DNA of 16,873 nucleotides from Candidatus Omnitrophota bacterium (GTDB lineage Bacteria; Ratteibacteria; UBA8468; MWAK01), in assembly GCA_043826355.1 (NCBI GenBank), contig JBDRQI010000008.1:1-16873 (forward strand), given 5' to 3'. Below are positions 8,425 to 16,735 of the stretch, piece by piece; position 1 is the first letter of the stretch; each line of letters starts with the position of its first letter. The notes beneath the pieces are model-generated. The model saw only the letters and a program-made list of their open reading frames with translations, did no database searches and was not told where the DNA came from. The position numbers and the translations under genes were made by a program.

Positions 8425-8633
8425 TAAGCGAAAGTGTCTGGTAGATGAAACTTAGCGTAGAGATGGATACAAGACAAGCAAAATGAAGCGATGAGTAGCC
8501 GGGGATCGCCTGCAGTATAGGCGAGAACACGGCACGGGTTCCCTTTCCAAAGCTCTGGAAAGGGGACTCGTCGCTGAATTGCGTAGTCTTGTCCAACTCG
8601 TAGCTCGTTTCGCTCACCAGACACTTTCGCTTA
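8425..8633 (+). repeat. Long structured palindromic element, copy 1 (MITE-like or ncRNA)
   Basis: Perfect 18-bp terminal inverted repeats TAAGCGAAAGTGTCTGGT (8425-8442) / ACCAGACACTTTCGCTTA (8616-8633). Nested internal stems. Homologous to 9521-9701. Confidence 0.85.
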
Positions 8634-8635
8634 TT

Positions 8636-9430
8636 CTATTCTTTCTTATTAACCCACTTGTGCGCCGGGTCCTCGTACACGCGCATCTCTCGCTTCAACC
8701 CGGCAAGCGCCCACAAATAATAGATTTCGTAACCGGCCGCAGCTACCACCGGATGATATCCCTTGGGAATAGACACTAAATCGTTATGACGAATCACCAT
8801 CGGCTGATCTATGCTTCCGTCTTCGGTATAAATGCGCATCAAACCAAAACCGTTTTCCGGCTGAAACCGGAAAAAATAAATCTCTTCCAAAAGACTTTCT
8901 TCCGGCATCCGGTCCCGGTCGTGCTTGTGCGGCGGATAACTGCTCCAGTTTCCGGTTTCACCAACCGTTTCTCCGGCGATTAATCGGGCCGCAGAACTTT
9001 TGATACCGACCACATCACTGACAAAACGGCTGAAATTAGGACCGCCTCTCTTCTCCGGCCGGACTTTTTCTTCCTTGATAACATACGAAGGCAGAACTTG
9101 CGAAACCGGCGACCGGAATACGGCTGCCTCCAGAGCTGTCTCCGCGGTAACGGAAAAAAAAGTTCCGGAACCAAAATAGGCGCCTTCCGGTTTTCCGCTG
9201 AAGACATCTTGACGTAAACCCAGGGTTTCGGCCGGCAAACCGGCGATTTCCAACCGGGTCCGGCCGGAAAGAATAGTCAAAATCCCTTCTTTATTTTCCA
9301 GTTTTTCCCCATATTTTTCGCCCGGATTGAGAACTATAATATCCAGTTCCAAAAAAGAAAGGCCCATCGCGCCGCTTGCTAACACCCGGTTAACTCCTTG
9401 CTGCAACAGGCATCTTTTTTGCAGATCCAT
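8636..9430 (-). CDS. iolB: 5-deoxy-glucuronate isomerase (KduI/IolB family)
   Basis: Hallmark GNWSSYPPHKHD, LEEIYFF, PKGYHPVVAAAGY..YYLWALAG. RBS GGAGG. Confidence 0.92.
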   Translation of the reverse strand: MDLQKRCLLQQGVNRVLASGAMGLSFLELDIIVLNPGEKYGEKLENKEGILTILSGRTRLEIAGLPAETLGLRQDVFSGKPEGAYFGSGTFFSVTAETALEAAVFRSPVSQVLPSYVIKEEKVRPEKRGGPNFSRFVSDVVGIKSSAARLIAGETVGETGNWSSYPPHKHDRDRMPEESLLEEIYFFRFQPENGFGLMRIYTEDGSIDQPMVIRHNDLVSIPKGYHPVVAAAGYEIYYLWALAGLKREMRVYEDPAHKWVNKKE

Positions 9431-9520
9431 TAACCCTCCAAAATAACCTCTTTCTTTAAGAGAAGTTTATCTCTTTTTCAACACTCCGCACTCCGCGAAG
9501 TAGTATTAAGTCCTTCACTT

Positions 9521-9701
9521 AAGCGAGGGCTGTTTGGTGAACAGAACTTAGCGCAGAGACGGAAACAAAACAAGCAGTACGAGGGTATGAGTAGCCGTGG
9601 CTCATACGAAGCAGCATTGAGAACACGGCGAGGCTCGTACCCGAGTTGCGTAGTTTTGTCCGTCTCGCAACTCGTTCAGCGAACCAAGCACCCGGGCGCT
9701 T
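9521..9701 (+). repeat. Long structured palindromic element, copy 2
   Basis: Imperfect ends AAGCGAGGGCTGTTTGGT / ACCAAGCACCCGGGCGCTT. Shares collinear blocks with copy 1: AACTTAGCG, ACAAGCA, ATGAGTAGCCG, GAGAACACGGC, TTGCGTAGT, TTGTCC, CTCGTT. Abuts the RNase G stop codon. Confidence 0.82.
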
Positions 9702-11197
9702 TATCCTGTTATATCCATTACGATCTTAAACTGGTCCGAAGGCAGACTGGTATCCGAAATCAGGTTGATCCTGTTTTTGTAAGTGCGTTCCGGGAAGATC
9801 AGGTTGAAGTTCTTGGTCAGGTACTCCCCGAAATGCGGGGAAACTCTGAGATTTATCTTCTTTCGGGAATAAAGTCCCAGGAGACCGCGGGTTGGCTTAA
9901 ACTCCGACTGAAGACTCCGCCGCAGTTGGGCCGCCACCGTTTCATCGGAAGTAACCACGCCTCTCCCGGCGCAAACCGGGCAGTCATCAGCCAGATAGTC
10001 CCGCAGACTTTCGCGCATCCGCTGCCGAGTCATCTCCACCAGGCCAAACTTGGAGAACCGGAGCACCTTGATTCTGGCCTTGTCCGGCTCCAGCGCCTTT
10101 TCAAAAACCGCCTGAACCTGTTTACGGTCCTGGGGCTGATCCATATCGATAAAATCAACCACGATTAACCCGCCCAGGTTGCGAAGCCGTAACTGCCAGG
10201 CAATCTCTTCGGCGGCTAAAAGGTTGGTGCGCAGAACCATGCTGCGGTAATCATTACCGGAAGTCCGGCCGCTGTTGACGTCAACGGCGCAAAGCGCTTC
10301 GGTCTCCTCAATGATAATGTAACCGCCGCCGCCCAGAGCAACCTTGCGGCTCAAAATCTTGTTAATCCCTTCTTCCACGCCGGTTTGGATAAAAAGCGGA
10401 GTTTTGCCCTGGTGCAAATGAACTTTCCGCGCATCAACGCCAAAAAGGGCGAGCGTACGCCGGCAGGATTTAAGAAGCGGAATAGAATCAACCAGAATTT
10501 CTTCCACCTCTGGTGCATATCGGTCACGCAGAATCCGACCGCTGAGATCGGTTTCGGAATAAAGACGGACCGGACCGGTTTTTTCCTTAAAACCCGATGA
10601 AATTTTTCCCCAGGCCGAAAGCAGGCGGCATATCTCCAGCCGAAGTGTCTTTTCCCGACAACCCAGGGCCGAAGTCCGGATGATAAAACCGAAATTTTCC
10701 GGTATGTCTGAAGCGGCTATTTTGGAAAGGCGGTCCCGTTCAGACTGTTCCGTAATGCGCTTAGATACCCCCCGGCGCTGCTGCTGAGGCAGAAGCACTA
10801 GCAGGTAACCGGCCAGGGAGATGTTGTTGGCGGTAATCTTGGGACCTTTAGTACCGATGGCATCCTTAACCACCTGAACTAAAACCTGATCTCCGGGCTT
10901 AAGTTTAAGACGTCGGACGGAATGCCTCTTTCCGTCTTTCGGTTCTTCAGCGGCGTCTTCCCCGTAAAGCGAATCATCCGCCACGTCGGTCAACGGTAGG
11001 AATGCTTCCCGGGCTTCTCCGGTATTCAGAAAAGCGGCGTTCAAGCTGGGCAGAACCCGAATTACCTTTCCCTTGTAAATATTGCCGGTGAGGCTCAGGC
11101 GGTTAGTCCGTTCCACCTCGAAATACTGCAGACGGCCGGCAGCCAAAATGGCGGCCCGCGTTTCAAACCCAACACTGTCAATTATTATTTTACTCAT
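9701..11197 (-). CDS. rng: Rne/Rng-family ribonuclease (RNase G-like)
   Basis: S1 domain GNIYKGKVIRVLPSLNAAF; VQVVKDAIGTKGP; AVDVNSG; LRLRNLGGLIVVDFIDM; GLVEMTRQR; Zn-link CPVCAGRG. Start is ATG 11197 or 11209. Confidence 0.93.
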   Translation of the reverse strand: MSKIIIDSVGFETRAAILAAGRLQYFEVERTNRLSLTGNIYKGKVIRVLPSLNAAFLNTGEAREAFLPLTDVADDSLYGEDAAEEPKDGKRHSVRRLKLKPGDQVLVQVVKDAIGTKGPKITANNISLAGYLLVLLPQQQRRGVSKRITEQSERDRLSKIAASDIPENFGFIIRTSALGCREKTLRLEICRLLSAWGKISSGFKEKTGPVRLYSETDLSGRILRDRYAPEVEEILVDSIPLLKSCRRTLALFGVDARKVHLHQGKTPLFIQTGVEEGINKILSRKVALGGGGYIIIEETEALCAVDVNSGRTSGNDYRSMVLRTNLLAAEEIAWQLRLRNLGGLIVVDFIDMDQPQDRKQVQAVFEKALEPDKARIKVLRFSKFGLVEMTRQRMRESLRDYLADDCPVCAGRGVVTSDETVAAQLRRSLQSEFKPTRGLLGLYSRKKINLRVSPHFGEYLTKNFNLIFPERTYKNRINLISDTSLPSDQFKIVMDITG

Positions 11198-11201
11198 AAT
11201 T

Positions 11202-11693
11202 TTACCCATAGTCTTTATACCGAATCCCAATCCGGGTGACTTTCAATAATTTAACCTCCTCCAGGGAAAGGTTAAACTCCCGGCTCAAATATTCCCATAG
11301 TTTCGGACTCCGTCCGTTTTCCACCGACAGCTTCACTATCTTATCCTCAACCCGGTAGGAAAGCCCGGAAGTCCGGTGAAATAACGACCCTTTCTCCTGA
11401 CAAGGCAGCACCGAAACAAGCGTAATCCCTTCCGGCAACGCGGCGGCCAGACGTTCCGCCGCCTCCGGAATCGGCAGCGGGTCAAGCATCTCCAATACCA
11501 GGTCTTCCCCCTCACTTTCGCAGCCCACCGGAAGCGGATAACCCATTTCAATCTTTTCCTTCGGCGAAAAACCGGCGCTGATTGCCACCGGAAGCCGGGC
11601 GCGCCGCACCGCCCGTCTCCAGAACCGCTCGGTATCAAGATGAGAGACAAAGCGCAGCGACCCTTTCTTTTGGTACCGAATCAACAATTTCAT
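11202..11693 (-). CDS. TIGR03936/DUF2344-like radical SAM-linked protein
   Basis: N-terminal YQKKGSLRFVSHLD..RAVRRARLPVAISAGFSP....LPVGCESEGE pattern, LPEGI, and the usual position directly upstream of rng. Confidence 0.85.
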   Translation of the reverse strand: MKLLIRYQKKGSLRFVSHLDTERFWRRAVRRARLPVAISAGFSPKEKIEMGYPLPVGCESEGEDLVLEMLDPLPIPEAAERLAAALPEGITLVSVLPCQEKGSLFHRTSGLSYRVEDKIVKLSVENGRSPKLWEYLSREFNLSLEEVKLLKVTRIGIRYKDYG

Positions 11694-11721
11694 AACCGCC
11701 AGTTATTGTGTTATTGAACAA

Positions 11722-13407
11722 TTATTGATTTGTGGTGTAAATCTCCTCAATATTATGAAACACGCCTCCGTAGCCGGTCGGCCGGAGATTGCCAAACCGG
11801 TTCCGCACCGCATAGAGAGCCGCCGGATTGACCAGGTAAATAACCGGAACTTCCTCGGATACTATCATCTGCCAGCGGTCGTATAAAACCTTTCTTTTAG
11901 CATTGTCCAGTTCGCAGGCCGCCTTTTCAAAGATGTCGTCAATCTCCTTTTCCCAGGCGGTATCCGGTATCTTTTGCCTGGGGTTCCACAGGTGGAGTTG
12001 GCCGGAAGAATGCCAGACGTTCCGACCGCTGTGGGGCTCAATTCCTCCGGTCAGGCCAAGAATAACTGCTTCCCAGTCATAACTGGAAACCATCCGATTG
12101 ACCAGATTGTTGAAATCCACCGGTGAAAAGCGTACCTTGATGCCCAGTTTGTCCAGGTCATCCATGATGAGGATTGCCGTCTGAACCCGCTCGCCGGTGT
12201 CGCCGTTGGTAAGCAGGGTAAACTCCACCCGATGTCCGTTTGCGTCATAGAGAATTCCGTCGCGGTATTGAAAACCGGCATCTTTCAACAGGCGCCGGCT
12301 CTCTTCCGAATTACGCGGATATTCCTTGACTTTTGGATTATAAAAATAACCGCCGCTGCGGTTCATCGGCCCCCACTGGGGATAAGCCAACCCGGCGTAA
12401 ACATTACGGGTCATGCTTTCCCGGTCCAAACCATAAGAAATTGCCTGACGGAAGGAGCGGTTCCGGAACCAGGCCAATTTGTACGCGGGAATCGGCGCCT
12501 TAGGGTTTTGGTTAAAAGCGAGAAAATTTTCACCTAAAGCCGGACCGGTGTTGTAAATGGTGAAATCACGTTTCGCCTCCTGAGGCTTAAGTAGTTTATA
12601 GTCCTGACCGCGCACCGAAATTGAATCGATCTCCCCCTGAAGAAAACGCAGCAGGGCCGCATTCTGGTCCGGTACAATCAGAATAACAATACGTTTGAGA
12701 TAGGGTAAAGAGCGGCCTGTTTTATCCTTTTTATAATAATAAGGATTGGAGGCCAAAACCACTTTTTCGCCGATGCGGTATTCGGAAAGAATAAAAGGTC
12801 CGGTGCCGATTATTTCCGGCGCAGGCGTATCTACACCCCAGGCGGTGTTGAACCGGCCGGCCTGCAGCGCCGGCCGGAGCCGGTGGGCAGGTAAAATATC
12901 CTGGCCCAGCTGGCGCAGAAACGGCGCAAACGGCGCCGGCAGCGTGAAACGCACCCCGCCTTCCGCCACTTCTTCAACCTTGATCTTCTGACCGGAAACC
13001 ATAAAAATATCCCGGCTGCTGGTCGGAATATCCGGATTATAAATCAGGTCGCGGAAGGTAAAAATTACATCACCGGCGGTGACAGGTTTGCCGTCAGACC
13101 AAAAGACTTTACGCAGTTTAAAATCCCAGGCACGTCCGGAACCGCTGACTCTCCAACTCTCGGCCAGACCCGGCTCTACTTCCGTGGTAACACCGTTAGT
13201 ACGGGTTAACCCTTCGAAAAGAAAACCGGTAATGGCGGTGGAACTGGTCTCCTTGGCCAGAATGGTATTAAAGGTCTTGGGGTCATTGGTCGTCGCCAGG
13301 ACAAGAGTATCCTTCTTCGGGTTGGAAATTGAGGCGGATCCACAACCTGAGAGCAGTACAAAAAGGAAACCAAAAAAAACAATCTTTTTTGCTGAATTAA
13401 AAATCAT
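11722..13407 (-). CDS. ABC transporter substrate-binding lipoprotein, family 5 (peptide/nickel type)
   Basis: Likely ATG at 13407 (track start 13518 overlaps guaB). Lipobox LLSGC; DPKTFN; PGLAESW; WSDGKPVTAGDVIFT; GTGPF; FRQAISYGLDR. Confidence 0.9.
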   Translation of the reverse strand: MIFNSAKKIVFFGFLFVLLSGCGSASISNPKKDTLVLATTNDPKTFNTILAKETSSTAITGFLFEGLTRTNGVTTEVEPGLAESWRVSGSGRAWDFKLRKVFWSDGKPVTAGDVIFTFRDLIYNPDIPTSSRDIFMVSGQKIKVEEVAEGGVRFTLPAPFAPFLRQLGQDILPAHRLRPALQAGRFNTAWGVDTPAPEIIGTGPFILSEYRIGEKVVLASNPYYYKKDKTGRSLPYLKRIVILIVPDQNAALLRFLQGEIDSISVRGQDYKLLKPQEAKRDFTIYNTGPALGENFLAFNQNPKAPIPAYKLAWFRNRSFRQAISYGLDRESMTRNVYAGLAYPQWGPMNRSGGYFYNPKVKEYPRNSEESRRLLKDAGFQYRDGILYDANGHRVEFTLLTNGDTGERVQTAILIMDDLDKLGIKVRFSPVDFNNLVNRMVSSYDWEAVILGLTGGIEPHSGRNVWHSSGQLHLWNPRQKIPDTAWEKEIDDIFEKAACELDNAKRKVLYDRWQMIVSEEVPVIYLVNPAALYAVRNRFGNLRPTGYGGVFHNIEEIYTTNQ

Positions 13408-13435
13408 AAAAGGCCGAACCGGCCGAAGTTTATTG

Positions 13436-14611
13436 TTAAACGCTTGAGTCGGGCAATGAACCGGCGGCTTTGCGGGCGCTCTGAAAAACTTTGCCTTCGG
13501 TCTTAATCGCCGGCGCAATAGTTATTTCCACCAACTGCATTTCCCGCAGTGATTGACAACCCAGACTGCCCATTGACGTCCGGAGCGCGCCGACCAGGTT
13601 CTGGCTTCCGTCATCAACCCGGGCCGGCCCCAAAAGAATCTCTTTCAGGGTTCCGGTAATTCCAACGCTGACCCTGGTACCCCTGGGCAAATTTTCATCA
13701 GAGGTTGCCATGCCCCAGTGGAAACCTTTGCCCGGCGCTTCTTCCGCCCGGGCGAAGATTGAACCAATCATAACCGCATCGGCTCCGGAAGCAATCGCCT
13801 TGCAGATGTCGCCGCTTCCGGTCATTCCGCCATCGGTGATAATCGGCACGTAACGTCCGCACATCTTATGGTAAAAATCCCGGGCCGCAGCGCAGTCGCA
13901 GGTTGCGGTAACCTGGGGAACGCCGATACCCAGAACTTCCCGGGTGGTGCAGGCGGCGCCCGGTCCGATGCCCACCAGGATACCGCCGGCGCCGGTTTCC
14001 ATCAATTGAAGCGCCACGTCGTACGTAACGCAGTTGCCCAGAATAACCGGGATGCGCATCTTGCGGCAGAAGGCCTTCAGGTCCAAGGGTTGGTAACGGT
14101 TGGATATGTGGGTGACGCTGGATACGGTTGATTGGACGACAAAAATGTCCGCGCCGGCCGCCTCGGCCAGAGCGCCGTAGCATTCCGCCTTTTGCGGAAT
14201 AGCGGAAACCGCACAGATGACGCCGGCCTTTTTAATCTCTTTTATCCGCCTGGTAATCAGTTCTTTCTTAACCGGTTCCCGATAGCAGGATTGAATCAGT
14301 GCCGTTGCTTCATTCTGGCGCGCCTTGATAATTTTTTCCTTAACCTGGTCCGGGTTTTCATACCGCGTCTGGATGCCTTCCAGATTCAAAACCGCCAAGC
14401 CTCCCAACTTACCCATCTCTACTGCCAGACGCACGTCTACCACACCGTCCATTGCGGCGGCAATAACCGGATGGTTAAACCGGTAACCGGCAAAAGTCCA
14501 GGAGGTATCCACCTCAACCGGGTCAATCGTTTTGATACCCGGCGCCAAAGCAATTTCATCAAATCCGTAACAACGCCGGGCTTTACGGCCCCGTCCAATC
14601 CACATTCCCAT
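13436..14611 (-). CDS. guaB: GuaB3-family IMP dehydrogenase-related protein
   Basis: [18 protein letters not shown], catalytic loop [40 protein letters not shown]. No CBS subdomain. RBS GGAG. Confidence 0.9.
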   Translation of the reverse strand: MGMWIGRGRKARRCYGFDEIALAPGIKTIDPVEVDTSWTFAGYRFNHPVIAAAMDGVVDVRLAVEMGKLGGLAVLNLEGIQTRYENPDQVKEKIIKARQNEATALIQSCYREPVKKELITRRIKEIKKAGVICAVSAIPQKAECYGALAEAAGADIFVVQSTVSSVTHISNRYQPLDLKAFCRKMRIPVILGNCVTYDVALQLMETGAGGILVGIGPGAACTTREVLGIGVPQVTATCDCAAARDFYHKMCGRYVPIITDGGMTGSGDICKAIASGADAVMIGSIFARAEEAPGKGFHWGMATSDENLPRGTRVSVGITGTLKEILLGPARVDDGSQNLVGALRTSMGSLGCQSLREMQLVEITIAPAIKTEGKVFQSARKAAGSLPDSSV

Positions 14612-14646
14612 AGATTCTCCGTTAAAAAATTGTCGTTACGAGCATT

Positions 14647-15588
14647 TTATGCCCAGATTTTTTTAAAATAATCCACCGCTCGTTTCAATCCGGATTCAAA
14701 ATCAACCCCGGGCTGATAACCCAGTATTTTTTGCGCCCGGGAAATATCGGCGAGTGTGCGCGGCACATCGCCGGCCCGCGGCGGTTTAAAAAGAGGTTCC
14801 AGTTTCGTCCCCAAAATTCCATTCAGCGCGGCAACCAGTTCCAGAATTGAGTTCTCATTCCCGCAGCCGACGTTAAAAACAAGACCGGCCGCCCCGGTGG
14901 TTTTAACAGCCAGGAGAGTAGCATCCACCACGTTTGCCACGTAGGTAAAATCACGGGATTGTTTCCCGTCACCGTGTACCGGAGGCCGTTCTCCCTTCAG
15001 CATGCAATTGATGAATTTGGGGATTACCACCGCATATTCGTCCTCAAGACTCTGGCGCTCACCGAAAACATTGAAATAACGCAGTGAAGCAACCGGCAAA
15101 CCGAAATTTTTGGTAAAGATGCAACCGTAGTATTCGCCGGCCAGCTTGGAAAGCGCGTATGGTGAAATCAAAGCGGGCAGGTTTGTTTCCTGCTGCGGAA
15201 AGATGGTTGCCTCACCATAAATAGAACTGGAAGAAGCAAAAGCAACCTGTTTTACTCCGGCTGCTTTAGCCGCATAAAGAACGTTCAGTATACCGTCAAT
15301 ATTAACGCGGTTGTAGGAATACGGGTCATTCAGAGATTTCGGAACAGAACGCAAAGCCGCCTCGTGAATCACGTAATCCATTCCGGCACAAGCCTCTTTA
15401 CAGGCCTTGCGGTTGCAAATATCCTCTTCCAAAATTTCTAAACCGGGTCCGGTAATACCGGCCAGGTTCTCTTTTTTGCCGCTGCTGAAGTTATCCAGTA
15501 TTCGCACACTGTGCCCCTCTTCTCTGAGCCGAGTCACGATGTGACTTCCGATAAAACCGGCTCCACCGGTTACCAGATATTTAGCCAT
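14647..15588 (-). CDS. NAD-dependent nucleotide-sugar epimerase/dehydratase (extended SDR)
   Basis: VTGGAGFIGSH, DNFSSG, ASSSSIYG, catalytic SPYALSK, LRYFNVFG, GDGKQSRDFTYV. Confidence 0.92.
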   Translation of the reverse strand: MAKYLVTGGAGFIGSHIVTRLREEGHSVRILDNFSSGKKENLAGITGPGLEILEEDICNRKACKEACAGMDYVIHEAALRSVPKSLNDPYSYNRVNIDGILNVLYAAKAAGVKQVAFASSSSIYGEATIFPQQETNLPALISPYALSKLAGEYYGCIFTKNFGLPVASLRYFNVFGERQSLEDEYAVVIPKFINCMLKGERPPVHGDGKQSRDFTYVANVVDATLLAVKTTGAAGLVFNVGCGNENSILELVAALNGILGTKLEPLFKPPRAGDVPRTLADISRAQKILGYQPGVDFESGLKRAVDYFKKIWA

Positions 15589-15624
15589 ACTTGAAATTAT
15601 TTTACTACAAAACGGGGATTAAAA

Positions 15625-16725
15625 TCAAAAGAAGCCGGCGCCATCCGGAATGGAACAAATATAAGTCTTCGCCCGGCCGCCGAATTCCTGCCGGTAGGCA
15701 TCTTCCAACCCCTGAGCAAAAATCCCGGCCTTGTCCGTTAAGACCAGATTAACGGTCGCCCCGCCCCAACCGGCCCCGGACAGTTTAGATCCAATAATAC
15801 CGGGCAGACGATAAGCGCATTCCACCAAAAAATCAAGCTCCGGAACGGAATTTTCAAACAGGTCCCGGGAACTCTGGTGCGAAAGGCGCATCAATCTACC
15901 CAGTTCCAATAATTCGCCCTTTTTAAGTAAATCTCTTCCGGCTTTTACCCTTTCATCTTCAAAAACAACGTGCTCGGCCCGTTTCCGGATAGACCCGTCG
16001 AGAATCTGCGGAGCGAAACGCTGAAAACCAGCAGCCGTCACGTCGCGCAGGGCAGTAACACTGTTAATCTTTGCCTGAAAAAATTCCAGCGCCTGTTGAC
16101 ACTCCCGGCGGCGCTGATTGTATTCGGAAGAAATAAGGCTCCTTCTTTTTCCGGAATCGCAAATCACCAGGGATACGCTGGCCGGAAGCGGAATTATTTC
16201 GTACGAAAGGTCCCGGCAGTCAAGAAAAAGAAAAGCGCCTTTTTGGCCGAACCCGCTGGAAAACTGGTCCAGGATTCCGCAGTCAACCCCCACAAATTCG
16301 TTCTCGGCCTTTCGGCATAACTTGACCAGTTCCAGCCGGGATATTTCAAAACCGAACAAACCCTGGAGAAAGAAAGCGAAGGACAATTCCAGGGCGGCGG
16401 AACTGCTTAAGCCCACCCCGAACGGAATAGCACTGGATATTTCCGCGCTAAAACCTCCGAGTCCCTGCCCGGCTCTCTGCAGTTGCTGAATAACCCCTTT
16501 CGGATAATCGGCCCAGATGTGGTCTGCGTCTTTCTGTAGCGAATTAATCTGAAACTCCACCCTGTCTTTCAGGTCACGGGAATAGACGGAACATTTGTTT
16601 CCGGAGCTTTTTTCGCCGGTAACGGTTGTCTGAAGACCCACGGTGGACAGCAGGACGTAACCCTCGTTATAATCGGTGTGGTTACCCAGAATCTCCACCC
16701 GTCCAGGCGCTTTAGCGGTAATCAT
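15625..16725 (-). CDS. galK: Galactokinase-like GHMP kinase
   Basis: APGRVEILGNHTDYN, WADYPKGV, P-loop IPFGVGLSSSAA, AENEFVGVDCGILDQ, YNQRRREC, SHQSSRDLFENSVPELD, GAGWGG. Confidence 0.85.
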   Translation of the reverse strand: MITAKAPGRVEILGNHTDYNEGYVLLSTVGLQTTVTGEKSSGNKCSVYSRDLKDRVEFQINSLQKDADHIWADYPKGVIQQLQRAGQGLGGFSAEISSAIPFGVGLSSSAALELSFAFFLQGLFGFEISRLELVKLCRKAENEFVGVDCGILDQFSSGFGQKGAFLFLDCRDLSYEIIPLPASVSLVICDSGKRRSLISSEYNQRRRECQQALEFFQAKINSVTALRDVTAAGFQRFAPQILDGSIRKRAEHVVFEDERVKAGRDLLKKGELLELGRLMRLSHQSSRDLFENSVPELDFLVECAYRLPGIIGSKLSGAGWGGATVNLVLTDKAGIFAQGLEDAYRQEFGGRAKTYICSIPDGAGFF

Positions 16726-16735
16726 AATGGAGAAT

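Noticed and set aside
8396..8624. Two 73-aa minus-strand ORFs across element copy 1
   Set aside because: They lie within the palindromic element, lack an RBS, and have no protein-like features. The stem-level conservation with copy 2 points to structure rather than coding.
8425..8633. 6S RNA, tRNA, SRP RNA or a known riboswitch
   Set aside because: No large central bubble, cloverleaf or aptamer consensus that I recognise. Two diverged nearby copies fit a repeat family better. An Rfam scan is still needed.
9482..9496. CACTCCG tandem duplication and nearby TTTTTCAACA resembling an IS end
   Set aside because: Too short, and no partner repeat or transposase remnant nearby.
8425..9701. Integron attC sites or CRISPR repeats flanking iolB
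   Set aside because: No RYYYAAC/GTTRRRY ends and no integrase; too long and too diverged for CRISPR repeats; no spacer periodicity or cas genes.
13408..13518. Long N-terminal extension of the solute-binding protein overlapping guaB
   Set aside because: ATG 13407 gives a normal lipoprotein signal peptide and removes an 83-bp overlap.
154..16489. Numerous + strand and alternate-frame ORFs in the track (e.g. 154-492, 9587-10168, 14132-14671)
   Set aside because: They are antisense or out-of-frame shadows of well-supported minus-strand genes, with no recognisable motifs.
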